Shown: in pieces, positions 13,201 through 25,529 of the stretch
Numbering within the stretch: position 1 is the first letter of the stretch
Layout of the letters: each line of letters begins with the position of its first letter
From: Ancylonema sp.
Lineage: Eukaryota
DNA: 35,193 bases
Reading direction: 5' to 3'
Assembly (NCBI GenBank): GCA_050230475.1
Contig: JBFLGF010000056.1
Location: 62,001 to 97,193 of the forward strand
The notes under the pieces: generated by a model
The model's database searches: none
The model's input: the letters and a program-made list of their open reading frames with translations, nothing else
Told to the model about the DNA's origin: nothing
Translations under genes and position numbers: made by a program

Positions 13201-16200
13201 ATGTTCCGAACCTGTAAATTTTGAAGAGAAAATAATTTCACGGTTTCGAGACGTGTTTCGCTTCATTTTTTATTCTTGTGTATTATCACTTTTTTAAAAA
13301 TTATCATTGTCTCTAAAATAAGTGATCAGTTGGGACACAGATCAACATTGTGGTTGAATTCCGACCCAGGAGCTGTTTCCGATTCAAGAGGAGAATGGAT
13401 AAATCTACTTTATCTTCCATCGGGATGCCCTTAGCATCAAGTAGGTACGCAAAAAGGGTAAAAAATTATACTCATAACAGCGCCTTAAAAAAAAAAAAGA
13501 ATAAATGTGTCACAGCCTCCTTCCTTAACACACTCAAACTCAAACCCCAAAAACCCCCGCATCTAAACCCCAAACCTTGGGGTTCAAATTTCTTGACTCT
13601 TACCTTGAGTCTCTCAACGACATACCTACACCAAAACCCTAGGGCCTGCCAACAGCCCGTGCAAAACTTTTTAAAAACCCTAAAACTTCCTCCACATTTA
13701 GGCCTGGCTCAACCAGCGCCCACCCCACCCCACCCCAACCCCAACCTGTTCTGCAACAGGACCCACCTGACTACAACAACCCATCCACCACAACCAAACA
13801 CAATTTTCTTGACCCCAAACACAACCCACCTGGCCCCAATAGAAGCACTAGAATGTGCCCGAATACCCCAGAAACCCCAAAAACCCCGAAAACCCCAAAA
13901 CCCCAAAAACTTCAAAGATCCAAAAACCTCCAAAACCCCCAAAACCCCAAAAAATCCCAAAGACCCTAAACCCCAAAACCCGAAAACAACCCCAAAACCC
14001 CACCTTTGGCCCGTAGCCGTGCGACAGGTTGGTGATCTGACAAACCATCCTCCCTGATCGCTCCAATTCTGGGAACCGAAACCGCAACTGCTTGTGCTCA
14101 AACGGTTTCTCCACAGCAGCCCCCTCCTCTGTCATCTTCTCCAAGGCCTGGCCAAAATCCAAAACCCAAAACCCAAAACCCTTCGTCAGGAACTGTAGAT
14201 CTCAAACTGGCGACGGAGACCTGAAACCTGAGACCTCAAACCCTGATACCACAAACCTCGAGCCTGAAACCTTGAACTGGAAACCCAATACTTGAACCTC
14301 GGAAGTCTGGACTTCAAAGGGCCTCGAAAGGGCCCTGAACCCCAGGGCTTTGGAAACCCGAGTCTCCATTCCTGAGGGGAGACTGCCCCCAACACCCTAA
14401 AGCTTTCACCACCCTTAGTGACTCAGATTGCCACAACCTAAAAATGAGTTTCGGACAGAATCTTTGACCCTGAACCCTGAACCCTGAACCCTGAACCCTG
14501 AACCCTGAACCCTGAACACTGAACCCTAAACCCTGGAAAACGGCTACCATCAGCCTACCCTGTGACTCCATGTATACCTACCTCCCTCCCCCCTGCCAGA
14601 TACCCATCACTCTCTCCGGTACCTCACACCCCCAGCTTGACTGCGGCAGACTAGTAACTTCCGCACAACTTCTCTCCTCCTCAATCCCTATTTTCCACCC
14701 TCCCCTGATACCGAATATTTTAATCCACCTCCCGTCCCTTTCCCTCCTTCCCACATCCCGCAACCCCCACCGTCATCCCCCCCCAAACCCTCAAACCCCA
14801 AACCCTAAAACCGTGATCCCAGCCCCTCTTCACCACCCTCCCGCCTTGCACACTGAACACAAACCCTTCAACCCCTCAACTCCTCAACCCCTCAACCCCT
14901 CAACCCCTCAACCCCTCAAACCCTCAAACCCTCAAACCCTCAAACCCTCAAACCCTCAAACCCTCAAACCCTCAAATCCTTAAACCCTCCCACCCTCCCA
15001 CCCTCCCACCCTCCCACCCTCCCACCCTCCCACCCTTCGACCCTTCGACCCTTCGACCCTGATCCTTAAACCCTAAAACCCTAAACCCCACGGCTCATCC
15101 TCACTTTTCCAGCGGCTGAAGCTCGCCCCGTATTGGCCCCCCCCTGCAGCCTTTGGATCATATCCTCGGTGCGCGCAATGTCCTTCTGCTGCCTCTCGAA
15201 CGCCATCCTCTGGGCCTCCATCCACTCTGCTTTTTGGGCAACGTACTCGGAGTAGTTCCCCGGGAAAGTCATGCTCACACCCATGTCCGTCTCCACAATT
15301 TTGTTGCAAACTTGGTCCAAAAAAGCGCGGTCGTGCGAAACCACCACCATCGGGACATCCAATTTGTTCAGATACCCCTCCAGCCATTCGATCGTGTCCA
15401 GATCCAGATGATTCGTGGGCTCGTCCAATAGGAGGAGATCAGGATCTTGCAACAGAATCTTTCCCAGCGACATCCTCATCTGCCACCCGCCGCTGTACGA
15501 AGCCACGAGACGGTCCGAGTCTTGAGCCACGAACCCGAGTTCGGGCATCATTTTGTTGATTTTGACGTCCACGTCGTACAAGTCGGCAGCTTCCGCCTTC
15601 TTTTGGAGCGAATCCAGTTCGTCTAGAAGCGCCCCCATGGCGTCCATGTCATCGGTGGCGCTTTCCAGCGCCACCTGGACGGCCTCCATTCGGGCGGAAA
15701 TCCCCATCTGCTCCGCAAACGCACTCAAAAACTCTTCGCGAACCGTTCGTGACGTCACCACCTCGAATTCTTGCGTCAGGTACGAGATCTTCATGTTCTG
15801 CTTTGCCTTGATAACCGACCCGCCATCCGGTTCCAACTCCCCACTGATAATCTGTAGTTGCGTGGTCTTCCCAGCCCCGTTGATCCCCACCAACCCCACC
15901 CGATCCCCCTTCTGTACGCCCCAACTGATGTCCTTCAAAACCTGAAGATTCTTGAACGTCTTACTCACATGCTCCAGCCGCACTCCGGAGGCCACACTGC
16001 TTGCCCCCGCCTTATCCCCCTTCCCCTTTTTCGGGACCCTCTCCTCCGTAGTTGACCGCGCGGTTTCTGTTGTGGCTACCTGACATAGGATTTTCCTGCC
16101 AGATCTGATGCCGCGTGGCAGTGTGTGGGGTAGATCCAACGAACGGGTCGATCCGAAAAAATCTTCGGAGGATGCGGCGGAAGCGAGAGGGGAAAGGATG

Positions 16201-16379
16201 TATCTTGAAGACTGGTCTGTGTGCTGACAGGTCGCGCCCCCACGCCCCTGGCGCGCGCTGAATGTAGCATCGTGGCCGGCGGAACTGCATCCGGCCCCGG
16301 ACGAACTCCGCGACGACGGCAGGGGATGACGTGGCGAAGAAAGAAGGGGCGGGTATGTCTGCCACGTGAGAGCGGCCAT
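10250..16379 (-). CDS. ABCF5: ABC-F family ATPase (two nucleotide-binding domains, no membrane domain), plastid-type, with a putative N-terminal transit peptide
   Basis: Exons 16379-15105, 14147-14004, 13015-12833, 12292-12137, 11553-11452, 11377-11249, 10870-10766, 10345-10250 (TGA); all introns phase 0, GT-AG. NBD1: [37 protein letters not shown]2: [34 protein letters not shown]. The C-terminus [12 protein letters not shown]...KNAKRWG resembles plant ABCF5. The N-terminus is Ser/Arg/Ala-rich. Confidence 0.95.
11601..11914. repeat. (TTTGAGG)n heptamer array, about 44 copies, in an ABCF5 intron; resembles a telomere-repeat variant
   Basis: Perfect 7-bp period, read directly. It produces the spurious SNLKPQT repeat ORFs. 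Confidence 0.97.
14468..14537. repeat. (CCCTGAA)n = (TTCAGGG)n telomere-variant heptamer array in ABCF5 intron 1
   Basis: About 7 perfect copies followed by CACTGAA, CCCTAAA and CCCTGGA variants. Confidence 0.9.
14862..15090. repeat. Compound octamer array (AACCCCTC, AAACCCTC, CACCCTCC, GACCCTTC) ending in AAACCCT-like units next to the ABCF5 intron 1 donor
   Basis: Successive blocks of related 8-mers, read directly. Confidence 0.88.
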
Positions 16380-18399
16380 CAGAGCGTGAGTCGTCAGCGG
16401 CCTCCTGGTTGCTCGCTCGCGCTACCGTCGCACGTGCAGTATATGGAACTCTGCGTGCAGTCCTAGCGGTTTTAGGTGTCGGGTGGATCAGGTGACGCTA
16501 ACAACGTTACGGTGTAGGCGACGAAGCGATTTATTTGTTACAACGTGATTCGTGGGTGGCGCTTTTAATTAAGCCGTCGGAAAGCTGTCGTCTACGGGTA
16601 ACCGGAGACGGTCCAACTGCGTTACACACGTGTTGTCACATTCTGGTCATGATCACGTCTTTTGCAGATATAATCCCTCCCTCAAATTGTGTTCCATGTA
16701 ATCTCACTTTGAAATTACCTTGCACGACACGGCACCTACACTTCCGATACGCCGAATCCGATGTGGCGATATGGCTCGAGAAGTCATGCTTTTTCAAGTT
16801 TGCCCCGATAAGCGTGTCGGTGTCCGATACGATACGATACGGCCCATGTCCCATTTAGGGTTGTGAAGATTACATAATCGTAAATTTTACACAATTTTCG
16901 TAAAATGCGTGAAACGTAAAAATCGCAGATTGAGATCAAAATGAGGAAAACTTACGTTAGCGTGAGGCGTAATTGCGTAACATTTACAAAGGCGCAAAAG
17001 AAAGGCAAATCCCAAGGCGCCCAACCCCAAGAATCGAGCTTTACTGCCAAAAGTCGCGACATACATACGTTATCCAACCTTACTCACCGTGCACGTATAA
17101 AACAATATACAATATGACATTGCGCATTTTTTTCTTTTTCAATAGAGATATATATAAAAAGTTAAGAAATATGAAATACTTACCGAAATCAGCGATTCCG
17201 GCCATGGTGTTACGTAATGAAGGATTTTGCGTAATTCGCAATTTTTACTTAGTTTTACGTGATAACAATGTAGAATTACGTTACCTCCAGAGTAACGTCC
17301 ACCTATCTAACCACGGATTTTGTTTTTAAGTTGTAGCATCGTGGCCGGCGGAACTGCATCCGGCCCCGGACGAACTCCGCGACGACGGCAGGGGATGACG
17401 TGGCGAAGAAAGAAGGGGCGGGTATGTCTGCCACGTGAGAGCGGCCATCAGAGCGTGAGTCGTCAGCGGCCTCCTGGTTGCTCGCTCGCGCTACCGTCGC
17501 ACGTGCAGTATATGGAACTCTGCGTGCAGTCCTAGCGGTTTTAGGTGTCGGGTGGATCAGGTGACGCTAACAACGTTACGGTGTAGGCGACGAAGCGATT
17601 TATTTGTTACAACGTGATTCGTGGGTGGCGCTTTTAATTAAGCCGTCGGAAAGCTGTCGTCTACGGGTAACCGGAGACGGTCCAACTGCGTTACACACGT
17701 GTTGTCACATTCTGGTCATGATCACGTCTTTTGCAGATATAATCCCTCCCTCAAATTGTGTTCCATGTAATCTCACTTTGAAATTACCTTGCACGACACG
17801 GCACCTACACTTCCGATACGCCGAATCCGATGTGGCGATATGGCTCGAGAAGTCATGCTTTTTCAAGTTTGCCCCGATAAGCGTGTCGGTGTCCGATACG
17901 ATACGATACGGCCCATGTCCCATTTAGGGTTGTGAAGATTACATAATCGTAAATTTTACACAATTTTCGTAAAATGCGTGAAACGTAAAAATCGCAGATT
18001 GAGATCAAAATGAGGAAAACTTACGTTAGCGTGAGGCGTAATTGCGTAACATTTACAAAGGCGCAAAAGAAAGGCAAATCCCAAGGCGCCCAACCCCAAG
18101 AATCGAGCTTTACTGCCAAAAGTCGCGACATACATACGTTATCCAACCTTACTCACCGTGCACGTATAAAACAATATACAATATGACATTGCGCATTTTT
18201 TTCTTTTTCAATAGAGATATATATAAAAAGTTAAGAAATATGAAATACTTACCGAAATCAGCGATTCCGGCCATGGTGTTACGTAATGAAGGATTTTGCG
18301 TAATTCGCAATTTTTACTTAGTTTTACGTGATAACAATGTAGAATTACGTTACCTCCAGAGTAACGTCCACCTATCTAACCACGGATTTTGTTTTTAAG
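16263..18399. repeat. Tandem direct duplication, period 1069 bp (16263-17330 and 17332-18399), covering the ABCF5 start codon and upstream region
   Basis: Identical ORF translations offset by 1069 (16535/17604, 16636/17705, 16973/18042). There is a single extra T at 17331 between the copies. Confidence 0.97.
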
Positions 18400-18621
18400 A
18401 AATTCGGCAAATTTTTTTGGGGTAAAAGGAAGGATAAAAATACATAGTTTTAACGAATATTGCCCGTTGTAACACTTATTTTTCCTAATGTATAATCCCC
18501 CTGTACATAAGTTTGGCAGTGTATGCGCATCGAGGGCATTTTGGCCCCGATACGAGGCAATAATGGCCGATTCGCCGCATCGTATAAAAAACGTGTCTAG
18601 TGTGATACGCGTATCGTGCAA
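17789..18621. mobile_element. Putative non-autonomous DNA transposon remnant (MITE-like) with CGATAC motifs and a probable nested second element
   Basis: TTGCACGACACG (17789-17800) and CGTATCGTGCAA (18610-18621) are inverted repeats matching at 11 of 12 positions. CGATACG/CGTATCG motifs lie near both ends, and an internal segment (about 17925-18360) is rich in CGTAA/TTACG. No target-site duplication was confirmed. Confidence 0.45.
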
Positions 18622-19069
18622 CCATGGAAATTATCATCACTGGGAATCATCATTACCGGAATTAAAAAGCCAAAAAAGATGATCATCGACATAACACATG
18701 CCCTCCACACAAGATGGCGCACACACTGTCCTTCGCTACACTCCTCACACACAAATATGCAGAAAGTCTGCCACATTGAGCCATCCTTATTTTTACAGGA
18801 ACCTTAGATTCCTATGCCACTCTGGTTAGTAGACTCCACAACTCTAGATTGAGGGTCACAACCATTGTTTTACCGGTTTACATATGTAAACACTGCTAAG
18901 TGAAAAGTGTAAAGTAAAAATGTGAAGGTGTACAATGTGCAATGTAGACTTACAAACCTCACTCTCACTATCACGTTGTCCCACCACGCCCGATTCTCCA
19001 AACCTCACCCTTTCACTCCTCTCAGATAAAGATCGAACAACATTCATATACCTCCATGCTCCATTCTAC

Positions 19070-22000
19070 CTATCTCATATCGATATCGATTCTTTTGACT
19101 CGAGGATAATGTCCCAGGGAGTTGAAAAAAACGTAGTCTCCGGAAACAACCTGCACAAATTTCATACCACAAGTTTCAACCAACTAATGCCACAAGCGAT
19201 GTGTTCTTCACAAGGTTCGGCTCTCTGAGGGCATGTATAAAATTATGTACATATGTGTAAAAAATGTATAAAATTGATGCGAAGCATATACTAGTATATA
19301 CACAAGAATAACGGTTCAATATCTATTCGCATTAGATTACCCGACCTTGATAAATATGATGATATTGCACCGTCATCTAATTTAATGGTAAGACTTCAAG
19401 AGCTCAACACCTCTAGGTCCTAGACGATTCGAAATGTTAAGATGCAAACACGTTACGACATCTAGAGATGTAGAGATGTAGCAATGTGGAAAATGAGACA
19501 TCAATATTTTACACCCTCAAGATTCACACATGTCACACGCCAAGTCATGTCCTTCACATTGAGTAGTTTTTGGGGTCATTGAAGAAAAATGGAGGCATAT
19601 GCTCTCGTGATTTTTGCGTGACATCGTCATCCCATCGTTGAAGCAACCCCATTCCGATCTATTCCTAGCCTGAGATTCAACATGCCTTACTCCATTACTC
19701 CATGTTCCCATCTTGCCATTGTCAATTATTGTTATCCTGCCATTTCCCATGTCCAAATTTTTCCATTTTTCCATTTTTCCATTTTGTCATTTTGCCATTT
19801 TGCCATTTTGCCATTTTGCCATTTTGCCATTTTGCCATTTTGCCATTTTGCCATTTTGCCATTTTGCCATTTTGCCATTTTGCCATTTTGCCATTTTGCC
19901 ATGGCTCCCCCACTCCTCCCTCTCCTCCTCACCTCTGTCGTCACTTCAACCGGCGCTCGATTTGTCGGATAAACCCCAACCTGACAAACCACGCTCCCCC
20001 CAAAGATCAACCCTAAGCACAAAACCCCTCCTAAATAATAACCCCTTTACACATGAATTCCCCACCAACTACGCAAGTGGGCTCCACAATGGCACCGCAT
20101 GCCAAGAACCAAATAAATTGTCTGTGTGTATAAATATCAAAAATAAAATCGTTTACCATATCCATGAATTCTGTCGTGCTCTAAAATTGATCAATTTGTT
20201 ATCACTCTTCATGATTGTTACCACTCTTCATAATGGTTATCACTCTTTATAATTGTGTGGACACTCTCCCCAAAATATTCCCCAAGTCTCTCCACACCAC
20301 ATACTGCAGAACCCTAATTCGTAAAATCCTAAAACCTTAAAATACATGTATTGCGCCTCTGCACCTTATTGGCCTCGATGGAGCACCCTGTCAGCGTGCC
20401 ACCTGTCATCTTGAACGATGCCTGATCAATCAGCCGCCCTAAACCAGTCAGGTGCCTCTTCCATTGCTCCCAGGAGAAAACAACATCACATCCACAACTA
20501 TGCTCACAACGGTCAACAACTCCCCCCCCTTCTCCCTGCCTGCAGCAACCCACATTCCCATTCTTCGCATGTATATGTATATGTAGACATAGAGATATGT
20601 GAACTTTTACAAATATACGGTGCAACTACACAAACCCATACACACCTGCGTATGTACACGTGTATGTACACATGTGTATGGACACATGTACCATTCACAT
20701 TCATATCCATTCTACAAAACATTCACTCACTATCGCCACGTCATAAGCATCCCAACAGAACGGGTCCTCCCACCTCCCTCTCTGGATCCTGCTCACCCTC
20801 ACCCAGCTACCACCAATCTCTTCCCCCCCCCCCCTCCCCCTCCAGCCCCCCCGCCCCCCTCCTCCTCTACCTCCTCCTCCTCCTCCTCTTCCTCCTCTAC
20901 CTCCTCCTCCTCTTCTCTTCTCGCCACTCCCCCCGTGCCTCTCCCGGGCAGAGCCATAAATTTAACGGTCCCCGGGAAGGTGACTTCCGCCCCCCTGCTG
21001 GTATAACTCCTCCCCCCCCCGGCCCATATTTTCCACTCCACCCCATGATCACTGGCAGCCGCGGTTCCCACAGACGGGGCACCCTCTAAAGTGATAACCG
21101 TACGGGTGGGGAAGGGCAAGAACAGTGTGCAGTACTCCATACTAACCGGGTGCTTAAACCCCTCCATGATCTTGAGCTTGATCAAAAACTGTGCCTCATT
21201 TTCGGACACCATCTGGAGCTGGTAGAAACCGGTGATGGGGGTGCGGGAGGGGGGGGGGGTGGTTGGTAGTGGGGCGAGGGGAAAGGGGCCGAGGGGGGGG
21301 AGTGAAGAGGAGGGAGAAACCGGTGGGGCTCGCTTCAGGTGCCTGCAACATAATGCAGGAACAGGAGCACAAAAAGTAATCATGACAGTGTACCTAAAAG
21401 TACTGATACGAATATTCTGCGCAATTTCCCTGAACCGCCGCCCTCCGCTCTTTTTATTTCACATGAACCAACGAACCCCCTCCCCCCCCCCCCACCCCAC
21501 TGTTGTTTTCACCTGAGAGCACGGGTGCACCATCACCCCCTCTATCCCGGCATTCCTTGGCCCCGCCACCGACAAGGAAACTTCCGGAAGCTTCTCCAAA
21601 TCGCAGCGGCACTTCACCAGTCCCCCCACGGTGACATCATCGCTGACCTCATCCCTGTCGTACAGCGCAGCACTCACTGTCTCCCGCACCATCAAGATGA
21701 TCCTCTGCCTCCCCCCCCAAAACCGCGGCTTCCAGGCAGGCTGCCTCTCCTCCACCCCCCCCAAGGGCACGTCCCCAGGGGTGCCCCCCCCCCCCTGCGC
21801 CTGCGCACGTACCGCGGCCACTGTCGCCAGGTGGAGGTCCAGCGGGTATCCTGACACGTCAGCACAACAGGTCGCCACGTCAGCACGGGGGAGCAATGCG
21901 GATAAACCTTAAACCCTGAAACTCAGAAACCCTACAACCCACTGGGGTGTGCGAGTGGCTGACCGTAGGGCATGGAAGTTGCCAGGATGGAGCGGAGGGC

Positions 22001-25000
22001 CTCGGAGGTGGTGCCTTTCCACCCCCCCCTTGGGAGACCACGTGGTTTGGGGGGGGGGCTGGGGGTGGGTATGGGGGGGGTAGAGGGGGGAGGCGTTTTG
22101 GGTCTGCCCGGTAGCCCCATCCCTGCGGATAGGTTGTCGAATAGCGTGATGCCACCTGGCGTGTCGGGAATGTCTTCGGAAATCACGTCTCGTAGAGCTA
22201 TGGCCACTGCAAAGGCCCTGAAACCGCGGGGGGGGTTTTTGGGGGGGGGTAAAGCGGTTATAGAGGGAGGTGTGGACACTTCGGCCTGCTACTACCCGTG
22301 CCCTTTTCCCCATACCCGGTTATGGTGGGGAGTCGTGTGAGCAGAGCGGACCAGGTGGTGGCAGCCGGCGAGTCCAGGTGAGCCGGGCTGGACCCACCGC
22401 AGTCTTCCTGCCACGTCAGCTTGAGGTAGGCTGCCAGGTGGCGGGGGGTCCACAGAGGAGAGGACGAGGATGTGGAAACTGCCCTTGGTGTGGAGGCTGA
22501 TGGGCCACAGGGGAGGTGATGACGTGGCAGGCGGGGGTGATGACGTGGCGTCGCGGGTGACAGGTGTTGGGGAGTTGTCGGGTGCTGAGTCAGCATGGGT
22601 GCTGACTTGGAGGCCGATGACGTGGCGTGGGATTGGGTCATCGATCCAGCTGTCGGTCCCTGGTTGAGAGGAGGGTTCCCGAATGCCACCTGTCTTGCTG
22701 GCCTGCTGTCTGCGCGACACGTGGCGAAACCACACGATCACTATTATCTTTCAGAGGAGGAGGGGAAGGGGGTCAAAGCGCACCTTGCGAGGTGGTCCCG
22801 AAAGGCCTGTGCCACGTCAGCATCGGGGGGCAGTTCGCAGTATCGAGCTGCCAGGTCGCTCGGCTGGGCAGGTGGCGCAGAGCTGGCCTGATGTGGGACC
22901 CACCTTAGTGAGCGACCCTTCCTACACTCTATGGCTGCTGCAGGAGGGCTTCAAAGTCCATATCCATATCCATCCATGTTGATACATCATAAAAATGAAC
23001 ATGAATATAAATATATACACATGCACGTGTGCATATGTATGGATGTACATATACATATACATGCATATATATACGTACATGTATACATGTACTTGTACAT
23101 ATAATTATACATACAGATATTATATGTTTACATGTGTATATACATTATATATATGTATACATACATATATACATGCATATATGTACTTGTACATATAATT
23201 ATATATACAGATATTGTATGTATACATATATATAAATATTATGTATAGACATATTTATATGCATACAGGTATATATAATAACATATACACATATATATAT
23301 ATATATATGTATATATTTGTGTATACAAATATGCACAGATAGATTGCATGCACACGTGTGTCATTTTAATTGTATGTAGACACACATGCACACACATGCA
23401 CACACATACATACACACATGACGTACATGTCCACCAGGAATGGATGTACATATGTGTGTATGTACACATGTATATTTACACACACATGTATACACAACGG
23501 ACCTACAAGACGTGAGATAACTCCCATGCTCCTTCTAAACACCCCGACCACGCTTCCATACCCGGGGCACCCACGACACTAATTGGTAAACTTAATATTA
23601 TTTCGAAAATTTCAGAGTCAAGATATGCAAAAAGAGGACATGAGGTAATGCCATGGGGTGCTCTCATATTGCCATCAGAGAATCATGTGCTGTTGGATTC
23701 ACCTGATTGTACAGCTGGCGCAAATGGCGCTCCACGAGAGGGAATTTTCGGAAGGACAAGGGGAAAAATATGCGTGAGTTTCAACTGCCACATGCTCGCA
23801 ATTTCCTGGAAGCTTCGGCATGTCAACGTTTACCCCACAATTTGGAGGGATACTTCGTGAAAATTGCATTTTTATCTGGCATGCACGCTGTGAATCCAGT
23901 ATGAAAATTTCAGTAGCCTATCACGTGTGGAGGCTCTCACTACAAGGGATTTTTTAAGAGATAAATAGCCACACCGACACTTTGCATTTTTGTCCACCAG
24001 TATTTTAGTGCTAGCTGGTTGCTATTTTCTGACGGGATGTGGGACAAGTGGTGTGGAAGTGACCTGGAGTAGCAGACTTGAAAGTCGTCACTCAGGACCC
24101 ACAGCGCCCGAATGCTGCAGGGCCGCATGGCGAAGGCGCTTCACCCGAATCAGATGCAAAAATTAGCGGGGGCGAATTGCGCCAGAAAAGAAGAATGTTT
24201 CTTCATCCTGGTGATTGTGAGGAGTGAATGTCATCCTGCTCGGTAGAGGATAATTATTAGTACACTGCCAGGTGGGCGGGTGGCCGGGTCGAAGCGCGTA
24301 GGCAGGGTGCGTGTAAGAAGGAACACGAACGGCGCAATTAGATGTTTGGCACAAATTCCGGATGGGAAATGTCAAACGCACGCCAACTTTGGTCATGCAC
24401 GCCAACGACGGTAACTGCACGCCAATTGCCGCCATATGCCGTTCGTTCCCAACACTCGATCGCTAATATGCTGCCAGACGCCAAACTTGGCACTCTCATC
24501 GTCAATGGCACCCCCTTGTTTTCNATATGTATACAGATATTACATGTATACATATATATACATACATATTATATGTATGCATACATATACACATGTATAT
24601 ATGTAAATATGTATTTGTACATATGATTATGTAAACAAATATTTTATGTATACATATACATACATATTATATATATAGACATATTTATATGCATACATGT
24701 ATGATAACATCTACAATTGTACATGTTTATATTTTTGTGTACAAATATGCACTGATAGATTACATACATGTGCCATTCTAGCTGTATGCAGACACACATG
24801 CACACACATACGTACATACATGACGTACATCTACGGGAATGGATGTACATGTGTGTGTATGTACACATGTATATTTACACGCACACGTACACACAACAGA
24901 CAAACGAGAAGTGAGACGGCTCCCGTGCTCCTTCTGAACAGCGCAACAACGCTTCCATACCCGGGGCACCCGCGACACTAATTGCTAAACTTGACGTTAT

Positions 25001-25529
25001 TTCGAAAATTTGAGAGTCAAGATATGCAAAAAGAGGACAGGAGTTGATGCCATGCGGTGCTCTCATATCGCCATCGGAGAATAATGTGATGTTGGATTCA
25101 CCTGATTGTACAGCTGGCGCAAATGGCGCTCCACAAGAGGGAATTTTCTGAAGGACAAGGAAAAGAACATGCGTGAGTTTCGACTGCCACATGCTCGCAA
25201 TTTCCCGGAAGCTTCGGCATTTCAACATCTACCCCACAATTTGAGGGGATACTTCGTGAAAATTACATTTTTATCTGGCAAGCGCACTGTAAACGAAAAT
25301 TATGAAAAATTCAGTATCCTATCACGTGTGGAGGCTCTCACTACATGGGATTTTTTAAGAGATAAATAGCCACACCGACACTTTGCATTTTTGTCCACCA
25401 GTATTTTAGTGCTAGCTGGTTGCTATTTTCTGACGGGATGTGGGACAAGTGGTGTGGAAGTGACCTGGAGTAGCAGACTTGAAAGTCGTCACTCAGGACC
25501 CACAGCGCCCGAATGCTGCAGGGCCGCAT
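19070..25529 (-). CDS. AP5M: AP-5 adaptor complex subunit mu; frameshifted at homopolymers in this assembly, first two exons duplicated
   Basis: Exons 25529-25465 (MRPCSIRALWVLS..YSR), 25147-25102 (KFPLVERH), 22887-22784, 22709-22316 (DSWIDDPIPRH, LWPISLHTKG), 22217-21964, 21850-21513 (QPAWKP, ETVSAALYDRDEVSD, HPCSQ), 21342-20731 (PPLG, GFYQLQMVSENE, TFPGTVKF, EDPFCWDAYD), 20421-20365 (SFKMTG), 19980-19933 (VYPTNRAPVE), 19150-19070 (VSGDYVFFNSLG...TAG). At least three frame corrections are needed, near 22445, 21295 and 20770-20860. An alternative start exists at 24128 in the proximal duplicate. Confidence 0.9.
19758..19902. repeat. (TTTTGCCA)n octamer array with TTTTTCCA variants in the last AP5M intron
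   Basis: 8-bp period, read directly. It produces the spurious HFAILPFC / KWQNGKMA ORFs. Confidence 0.95.
20195..20267. repeat. Degenerate 19-bp minisatellite (TTGTTATCACTCTTCATRA-like, 3-4 copies) in an AP5M intron
   Basis: Read directly. Confidence 0.7.

Noticed and set aside
16973..17329. Duplicated 107-118-aa ORFs upstream of ABCF5
   Set aside because: They have non-ATG starts, lie in MITE-like AT-rich DNA, and recur only because of the 1069-bp duplication.
19682..20252. Repeat-rich ORFs or a CRISPR-like periodic array
   Set aside because: A simple TTTTGCCA octamer without spacers in a eukaryotic intron; no cas genes.
21392..21450. Possible extra AP5M micro-exon (EIAQNIRISTFR) that would absorb the frame change near 21295
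   Set aside because: Direct splicing 21513->21342 plus a one-base correction gives a length-exact match to plant AP5M (xPxxxxxxxxxxFxPPLG). The micro-exon adds unalignable sequence and has a poor acceptor.
194..22462. Programmed ribosomal frameshifting as an explanation of the frame breaks
   Set aside because: No shared slippery heptamer or stimulatory structure. The breaks fall at or beside G/C homopolymers, the classic sequencing-error context.
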